Positions 57,921 through 64,000 of a stretch of DNA of 64,000 bases are shown here, in pieces; positions within the stretch are counted from its first letter, which is position 1; the number at the start of each line of letters is the position of its first letter. The notes beneath the pieces were generated by a model, which saw nothing but the letters and a program-made list of their open reading frames with translations, was not told where the DNA came from and ran no database searches. Location: positions 160,001-224,000 of the forward strand of contig JANRKS010000040.1 in assembly GCA_033763315.1 (NCBI GenBank), read 5' to 3'. The DNA comes from Deltaproteobacteria bacterium. Lineage in GTDB: Bacteria > Myxococcota_A > Polyangia > Fen-1088. The position numbers and the translations under genes were made by a program.

Positions 57921-60900
57921 TGCACCCGGTTGCCCACGGCAGGGGCAGGCGGCGCTGGGGTTGCCTCACCATCGTTGGCGCCGTGGTGGCAGCGGCGCCC
58001 GCGTGGGCGCAGGGTCCAAGCGATCGCGTGCTGACGCCCGGCCCACCCCTGCCAGCCGTTTACGCTTTCGCACAAACGGCTGACGGGGCGCTGTGGCTTG
58101 GCGGCCAGCAAGGGCTCAGTCGCTTTGATGGCACACGCACCACAACGTTCGATGGGAACGTCATCAAAGGCCTGACCACAACCCAGGCGTTTCACCTGCA
58201 AGTGGATCGGCAGGGGCGCATTTGGTTGGGAACCGGCTGGGGCTTGCCGTCTTTGTTTGATGGGCCACCCTCCACGGGTGGTCTGCGCGGTGGGCCCGGT
58301 CTGTTTCGGAACGTCGGTGGCCGCTGGGACAACACAACGCTGCCCACAGCATCTGTGCAGGCGCTGTTCGCCGAACCAGGCACGGACAAGCTGTGGATCG
58401 CGACGGACGCGGGCCTGTGGAAGTGGGAGCCGGACAAACTGACCCGCGTGAAAGCGGCCGCCGAAAGCCAGTGGATCACCAGCCTCGTGGCGAACGAACG
58501 CGAGCTGTGGGTGGGCAGCACGCGCGGGCTGTTTCTTAGCGATGCAAGTGCCAGCACAGAGGCAAAGGTTTTGCTGACAGGCGCTGTCACGAAGCTTCTG
58601 CGTGCCACCGAAGGCGGCGTGTGGGCCGGAACAAACGATGGCTTGTTCCACGTTAGCGCCGAGGGACGTTCTCGCGTGATCGGGCTGCCCGACGAACACA
58701 TCCGCGATTTAACCTTCGATCGCGCGGGGCACTTATGGGTGGCCACGTTAGGCGGCGTGTGTGAAGCCGTGCAGGCGAACTGGAGCTGCTGGACCGAAGC
58801 CCACGGTCTGCCGGATCCGCGTGTGTTGTCTTTGTTTGTCGACCGCGACGACGTGGTGTGGTTGGGCACGCGGGCGGCCGGCACGGTAAAGCTGACGCCG
58901 AAGCGCGTACACAACGTGCGCCGCAACAACGGCCTCAATGGTTATGTTGCGCAAGCCATCTGCCCGCGCAAAGCCGGCGGCATGTGGGTGGCAACCGACG
59001 AGAGTTTGTCTTTGCACGATGGCTCATCCGTGCAAACGGTGCTGCGTTGGACCACGCCGCCACAGTGGATCTCGTTGGCCGAAGATGCCAAGGGCACGCT
59101 GTGGGTGGGGCGCGCAGACGGTTCCGTGTTCCGCGTGGTGGGCATGCAGCCGCACGCGGTGGCGTTCGACAAAATGCCCGCCAAAGGCATCCGCACGTTG
59201 CTGCCTGACAAGGCACATGAGCTGTGGATCGGCTGGACTGCGGGTGGAATCTCGAAGGCGACCTACACCTCCGATGGTCAATTGACCGTCACAGATACGC
59301 CACCAGGTGTTTGCCCTGGCAACGTGATGGGAGGCACGACGATGAGCGATGGCACGCGTTGGTTCACGATGGATCAAGGCGGAATTTCGCAGTGGCAGAA
59401 CGGCCGCTTTCGCTGCTTGTCGCCGCGCCCGCAAGATCCAACGCGCCGGCGGTTAAGTACGTTGGTGGCAGACGCCAACAACGACGTGTGGATCGGCAGC
59501 ATCAACGACGACGGCCTTTACCTTTACCATCAAGGGAAGTTCTTTCACGCCGACGAAGCGGATGGGATGGCTTGCGATTCGTTGTTCGCTCTTCTCGATC
59601 ACGGCGATGAATTGTGGACGGCCTGCGGCACGGGCGTGCAGCGGCTGCGGAAGGCCGAGTTGCTTGAGCGGCTACTCAAAGGCGGCCCTTTGCTGCGCCC
59701 CTTGCGCTTTGATGTAAGCGCCGGCATGGCGAGCCAAGAAACAACGTGGATGGGAGGCCCCACCGCGGCCTTCGACGCCGCCGGAAAGTTATGGGTCGCC
59801 ACCTTGTTGGGCATCAGCATCATCGACACGCGCGCGCCACTGCCTCTGCCGCCACTGCCGAAGATTGAAAGCTTGTTGATCAACGGCGTTGTCGACACCA
59901 AAGACGTTCCGCAGGTGCGCGCGTCTCACTTTACGGTCACCGCCTCGTTGACCACGGCGTCGTTGGCCGCGGAGGGACGCCTTTACCACCGTTACCGCGT
60001 TCGGGAAGCGGGGATTGACTGGCGCGCAGCCACGGGTGCCACGGTGACCTTGCCGTCGCTGCGTCCCGGCCTCTATACGCTTGAAGTGATGGCCGCCAAC
60101 GGCTTTGGCGTGTGGTCAACAAGCGTGGACAAACGACGATTCGTGCTGCTACGTCCCCTTTACCAAAACCCCTGGATGATCGGCGCTGTGTTGGCCTGTG
60201 CCGGTGGCCTGGCCTGGGTGTGGCGTCGAGCGCGGCAGGCGCGGCGCAATGAGCGCGTCCGGCTGTTGCGACAAGAGCGCGACCGTATGTCGAGGGATCT
60301 TCACGATGGCATGGGCCAAGGCTTCTCCTCGATTGGTTTTCATCTCGAAGCCATCGAAGAATCCCTCACGCAGGCACCGCAGGATTTGGCGCCCGTGCGC
60401 GGCCTGCTCAAGCGGACACGTGAGATTGTGGATCGCGCCCAAGCTTCGGCTCGCCAAGCCGTATGGGACTTACGCGATCTGCAGGATCAGACGCCGGATT
60501 TGGCGACGGCCATAAGGTCAATGGTGCGCACGCAGATGATGGGACGCAAGAGCCCACAGGTGAGTGTGAACGTAGGCAAAATGGAAGGAAAGCGCGACCT
60601 ATTTGCGGAGCAAGAGCTGGCACTGTTGGCGAAGGAGGCGTTAACCAACGCCTTGCGACACGCACAGGCGCACACGATCAGCATCGATCTTGAACGCGAT
60701 AGTGATTTTGTTCACCTGGCCATCAAGGACGATGGGGTCGGCATGAAGAACCCAGAACAATCGTTGGCATCTGAGGGACATTTCGGCATTCTTGGTATGA
60801 ACGAACGAATTCGACGCTTGGGAGGAACAATCAACATTGTGTCTTCTCCGGGGCACGGCACCGAGATCGCCGTGACGGTGCCCAACAACAAACCCAAGAC

Positions 60901-60922
60901 TGATAGCCACACCCATGATTGA
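57917..60922 (+). CDS. Sensor histidine kinase with Reg_prop beta-propeller/Y_Y_Y, HisKA_3 type
   Basis: QTADGALWLG/DRQGRIWLGT repeats, LRPGLYTLEV, TM, ERDRMSRDLHD, DDGVG, GHFGILGM. Confidence 0.92.
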   Translation: MMHPVAHGRGRRRWGCLTIVGAVVAAAPAWAQGPSDRVLTPGPPLPAVYAFAQTADGALWLGGQQGLSRFDGTRTTTFDGNVIKGLTTTQAFHLQVDRQGRIWLGTGWGLPSLFDGPPSTGGLRGGPGLFRNVGGRWDNTTLPTASVQALFAEPGTDKLWIATDAGLWKWEPDKLTRVKAAAESQWITSLVANERELWVGSTRGLFLSDASASTEAKVLLTGAVTKLLRATEGGVWAGTNDGLFHVSAEGRSRVIGLPDEHIRDLTFDRAGHLWVATLGGVCEAVQANWSCWTEAHGLPDPRVLSLFVDRDDVVWLGTRAAGTVKLTPKRVHNVRRNNGLNGYVAQAICPRKAGGMWVATDESLSLHDGSSVQTVLRWTTPPQWISLAEDAKGTLWVGRADGSVFRVVGMQPHAVAFDKMPAKGIRTLLPDKAHELWIGWTAGGISKATYTSDGQLTVTDTPPGVCPGNVMGGTTMSDGTRWFTMDQGGISQWQNGRFRCLSPRPQDPTRRRLSTLVADANNDVWIGSINDDGLYLYHQGKFFHADEADGMACDSLFALLDHGDELWTACGTGVQRLRKAELLERLLKGGPLLRPLRFDVSAGMASQETTWMGGPTAAFDAAGKLWVATLLGISIIDTRAPLPLPPLPKIESLLINGVVDTKDVPQVRASHFTVTASLTTASLAAEGRLYHRYRVREAGIDWRAATGATVTLPSLRPGLYTLEVMAANGFGVWSTSVDKRRFVLLRPLYQNPWMIGAVLACAGGLAWVWRRARQARRNERVRLLRQERDRMSRDLHDGMGQGFSSIGFHLEAIEESLTQAPQDLAPVRGLLKRTREIVDRAQASARQAVWDLRDLQDQTPDLATAIRSMVRTQMMGRKSPQVSVNVGKMEGKRDLFAEQELALLAKEALTNALRHAQAHTISIDLERDSDFVHLAIKDDGVGMKNPEQSLASEGHFGILGMNERIRRLGGTINIVSSPGHGTEIAVTVPNNKPKTDSHTHD

Positions 60923-61532
60923 CATTCTTCTGGTCGAGGACAATGAATTGGCACGCGCTGGCACCGCCGCGCTTATCGGCACGCAGAACGACATGCGTAT
61001 CGTGGGCGAAGCCACCGACGGCACCTCCGGGTTGGAGATGTTTCGTTCACTGCGTCCACACATAGCCATGGTGGACCTGCGGATGCCATCGTTTGATGGC
61101 GTGCAGTTGACAGCAGCGTTGATGCGAGAGGCGCCACCGGCGCGCGTGTTGGTGTTGACTCACTATGAAGGCGACGCTGATGTGTTCAACGCCATCAAAG
61201 CGGGCGCCCTCGGCTACCTGACCAAAGATGTGGGCCGCACCGAGCTGTTCACGGCGATCCGCACGGTCGCGGAAGGCAAGCGATATTTGCCCGCGGCGAT
61301 CGCCGGAAAACTGGCGGACCGCATGACCCAGCCCGCGTTGTCGCCGCGTGAGCTGCAGGTGCTCGAACACATATTTGCAGGCCGCGCGAACAAAGAAATC
61401 GCCGACACCCTCAAGCTGTCAGAAAAGACCGTGATTATGTACGTGAGCCAAATTCTCTCGAAGATGGGCGCCAAATCGCGGACCGAAGCGGTGTCGCTGG
61501 CGCTCAGCCGCGGCATCTTGCGCGCCTCTTAA
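60915..61532 (+). CDS. NarL/LuxR family response regulator
   Basis: LVED, VDLRMP, GYLTK, LSPRELQVL...NKEIA. Confidence 0.95.
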   Translation: MIDILLVEDNELARAGTAALIGTQNDMRIVGEATDGTSGLEMFRSLRPHIAMVDLRMPSFDGVQLTAALMREAPPARVLVLTHYEGDADVFNAIKAGALGYLTKDVGRTELFTAIRTVAEGKRYLPAAIAGKLADRMTQPALSPRELQVLEHIFAGRANKEIADTLKLSEKTVIMYVSQILSKMGAKSRTEAVSLALSRGILRAS

Positions 61533-61639
61533 CGCCTCACGACCAGAAGATCTTCCGGGGTCAGCAGCAGGGCTTTGACCCTGCAGAGGTGCGAGCTTTC
61601 GACACTAACCAAGAGGTGGCAGGTTGTTACCTTTTGTAG

Positions 61640-62632
61640 ATGCATCTGGCCCACGGAAGTTCATCGTGGTTGGCGCTGTTCATCTCGCTCGCGGCATGCC
61701 AAGGCGGAGGCGGCGAGGCCGATAATGCCGAACAATCTGGCGGTGCCGGGGGCCAAGTTGAGAACGTGGGTGGTGAAGCCGGAGGCGCGCCGCCCCAGAG
61801 CGAAGGTGGCGCAGGCGGCGAAGCACGATTGGACGCGATGCCCGCGGCAAAGCAAGATGCATCCGCTCCCGCTCCCGATGGGAGCACAAAAGCGGATGCC
61901 ATGGTGGTGGGCGCGGGTGGCGCAAACGGCAGTTGCAAAGCGCGGATCTGTGATGATTTTGAAGCTCACACCGTGGACCAAGTGCCTTCGGCGCCATGGA
62001 AGCCGTTTCGCCTCGGCGGCACAGTTGTGGTGGACAACCAACGCGCGTGGAGTGGCAAGAACAGCATTCATGCCTTCACCTCTGGAGGCGCGACTCAACA
62101 GCGCGCCTACCTAAGCCTGCAGGGCGCGCCCGTGTTCGACAAGCCGTGGCCGATCATGTTCGGCCGCATGATGTTGTGGGTGGATCATGCGGTCGACGCG
62201 CATTGGAGCCACGTCGAAGGTGAAGGCCGCGTGGTGGGCAAGGACTTCCGTGCCGTCACACGGTACGGTGGGCAGTTCAAACGCCTCATCGCTCAATACG
62301 ACGACGTTGACGGAAACTTTGAGAGCGATTGCGCCAAACGCGCGCCGGCCGTGGCAATGCCCGAAAAGAAGTGGGTTTGCTACGAGTGGCAATTTGATTC
62401 CACGAAGAACGCCATGCGTTTGTGGATAGATGGGCAAGCCATCGACGCCGTTTCGGTCAATGGCCGCGGCGAAACCTGTTTGGGCAATGGCACCGGCGGC
62501 AATTGGTACTTGCCCCAATACGAGGCCATTCGCATGGGTTGGCAGAACTACCAGCAAGTGTCTGGCGCCGACGTTTGGATCGACGACGTCGCCATCGGAA
62601 CAGAACGCATCGGGTGCCCCGCTTCTCGTTGA
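61640..62632 (+). CDS. Lipoprotein with Cip1-like/polysaccharide-lyase-like beta-sandwich domain
   Basis: Lipobox LAAC, Gly linker, CDDFE, RAWSGKNS, FGRMML, WVCYEWQFD, WIDDVAIGTERIGC. Confidence 0.72.
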   Translation: MHLAHGSSSWLALFISLAACQGGGGEADNAEQSGGAGGQVENVGGEAGGAPPQSEGGAGGEARLDAMPAAKQDASAPAPDGSTKADAMVVGAGGANGSCKARICDDFEAHTVDQVPSAPWKPFRLGGTVVVDNQRAWSGKNSIHAFTSGGATQQRAYLSLQGAPVFDKPWPIMFGRMMLWVDHAVDAHWSHVEGEGRVVGKDFRAVTRYGGQFKRLIAQYDDVDGNFESDCAKRAPAVAMPEKKWVCYEWQFDSTKNAMRLWIDGQAIDAVSVNGRGETCLGNGTGGNWYLPQYEAIRMGWQNYQQVSGADVWIDDVAIGTERIGCPASR

Positions 62633-62644
62633 AGGACGTTTATC

Positions 62645-64000
62645 ATGCTCACAAATAAGTCGAACGTGTTGTTCTGTTCTGCCGTCAAGCGCGCGGGCCT
62701 GCTGGTGCTGCCATGTTTGGTCGCGTGTTCGGGCGCCGCGTCTCCCGCGGGCGACGGCAGCGGCGGGCAAGGTGGAGACGGCGGCGGCGATCCCACCACA
62801 ACGCCGGAGCCTTCGCTGGGCACATTCAAGCCGGGGCCGGGTGGCTTGCGACGTCTGACGGTGGAGCAGTACAAAAACGCGCTCAATGATCTGCTGGGCG
62901 TGGATCCCACCTCGCCCATCGAAGCAGACGAGGTCATCAACGGATTCGCTTCGATCGCTGCCACGCGGCTGACGCTGTCGGCGCCTTCAGTGGAAGCGTT
63001 TGAGACGGCGGCGTTGGGCACGGCGAGCAAAGCGCTGGGTGACTCAACAAAGCGATCACGCTTTATCACCTGCACACCCAAAGGCAGCACGGATGATGCT
63101 TGCGCGTTGGCGGCTGTGAAGGCGTTTGGTCGACGCGCGTGGCGGCGGCCACTGACCGATGACGAAGCCGAACGGTATGCAGATGTCGCCCGCACGGCGT
63201 CGTCCATGCTGGGCGACTTCTACAAAGGCCTCTCCTATGCGGTGGCCGGCCTGCTGCAATCACCATATTTTCTCTACCGCAACGAGCTTGGCAACATTGA
63301 TCTGGGCGCAAGCGACGGGCGCAAACGGCTTGACGGCTATGAACTGGCGACGAGGCTGTCGTTCTTCTTTTGGAACACAACGCCTGACGATGAGCTATTG
63401 GATGAGGCGGAGGCCGGTGGCCTTGACGACGCCGCGGGTGTGAAGAGACAGATTGGTCGGTTGCTGGCCTCTGACCGCGCCACACGCGCACCGCGCGCCT
63501 TTTTCAATGAGCTTCTGGGTCTCAACGGTCTGGACAAGCTTCCTCACGTCAAAGCGCTGTATCCCAAGGTGACAGATACATTGGGCGCCTCAATGCGCGA
63601 GGAAACGCTGCGCACGCTGGAAGACGCCTTCGTTTCGGGTCAATCCTGGAACGATACGTTCACTCGCCACGACACATTTCTTAACGAAGAGCTCGCGAAC
63701 CTTTACGGCATCAAAGGTGTAAGCGGTTCGGCATTCAAGGCTGCAAAGCTGCCGTCAGACGGCCCACGCATGGGATTGCTCGGCCAAGGCAGCTTCTTGG
63801 CATCGCATGCCCACCCCACGTCCACCTCACCGACTTTGCGCGGCAAGGCCATTCGGCAAACTTTCTTGTGCAATGACATTCCGGCGCCGCCCGCCAACGT
63901 GAAGGCTGAGATCCCGGAAAACGATCCGAACGCCGACCAGAAAACGCTGCGTGAGCGTTTGAGCGCGCATCGTGAGAACGACGCCTGCCGGTCTTGCCAC
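62645..64000 (+). CDS. DUF1592/DUF1588-family (PSD/PSCyt3) lipoprotein, 3'-truncated; absent from the ORF track
   Basis: Hand translation from ATG 62645: lipobox LVAC, LRRLTVEQY, FGRRAWRRPL, LLQSPYFLYR, ELATRLSFFFW, TSPTLRG, ending CRSCH at window edge. Confidence 0.88.
   Translation, partial: MLTNKSNVLFCSAVKRAGLLVLPCLVACSGAASPAGDGSGGQGGDGGGDPTTTPEPSLGTFKPGPGGLRRLTVEQYKNALNDLLGVDPTSPIEADEVINGFASIAATRLTLSAPSVEAFETAALGTASKALGDSTKRSRFITCTPKGSTDDACALAAVKAFGRRAWRRPLTDDEAERYADVARTASSMLGDFYKGLSYAVAGLLQSPYFLYRNELGNIDLGASDGRKRLDGYELATRLSFFFWNTTPDDELLDEAEAGGLDDAAGVKRQIGRLLASDRATRAPRAFFNELLGLNGLDKLPHVKALYPKVTDTLGASMREETLRTLEDAFVSGQSWNDTFTRHDTFLNEELANLYGIKGVSGSAFKAAKLPSDGPRMGLLGQGSFLASHAHPTSTSPTLRGKAIRQTFLCNDIPAPPANVKAEIPENDPNADQKTLRERLSAHRENDACRSCH

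Noticed and set aside
1-64000. tRNA, rRNA, IS elements, integrases, prophage or defence genes
   Set aside because: No recognisable motifs by eye; intergenic gaps are short. The lone EVE protein has no nuclease or toxin partner nearby.

Overview
GC-rich, gene-dense bacterial chromosome segment. The Gly-rich and Cys-rich lipoproteins, DUF1592-type protein, roadblock proteins and type III PKS suggest a Myxococcota/Polyangia-like organism (inference). About 53 CDS; I saw no rRNA, tRNA, CRISPR array or mobile element. Contents: a 2-oxoacid dehydrogenase block (E2, E1-alpha, E3); many scattered exported carbohydrate-active enzymes (SGNH, GH3, GH106-like, GH28-like beta-helix, GH5, GH140-like/DUF4038, GH94-like, Cip1-like); two beta-propeller/Y_Y_Y HisKA_3 sensors, one NarL-type regulator and a GAF-PAS-PAS hybrid kinase; a five-gene FabF-ACP-FAD oxidoreductase-type III PKS-methyltransferase cluster; a planctomycete-type cytochrome/DUF1501 pair; a roadblock-like gene pair; and a cytochrome c maturation operon with a CcmF-CcmH fusion, extra unknown genes and no ccmE in the window. 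Best candidate for an undescribed system: a 90-aa LysR protein that is only a DNA-binding domain and starts Met-Ser (a MetAP substrate), divergent from a methionine aminopeptidase gene with LysR boxes between them. It could be a feedback sensor of N-terminal Met excision. Many operon-leading genes have a -10 hexamer 6-8 nt before the start codon, suggesting widespread leaderless mRNAs. All family calls come from motif recognition by eye, not database searches.
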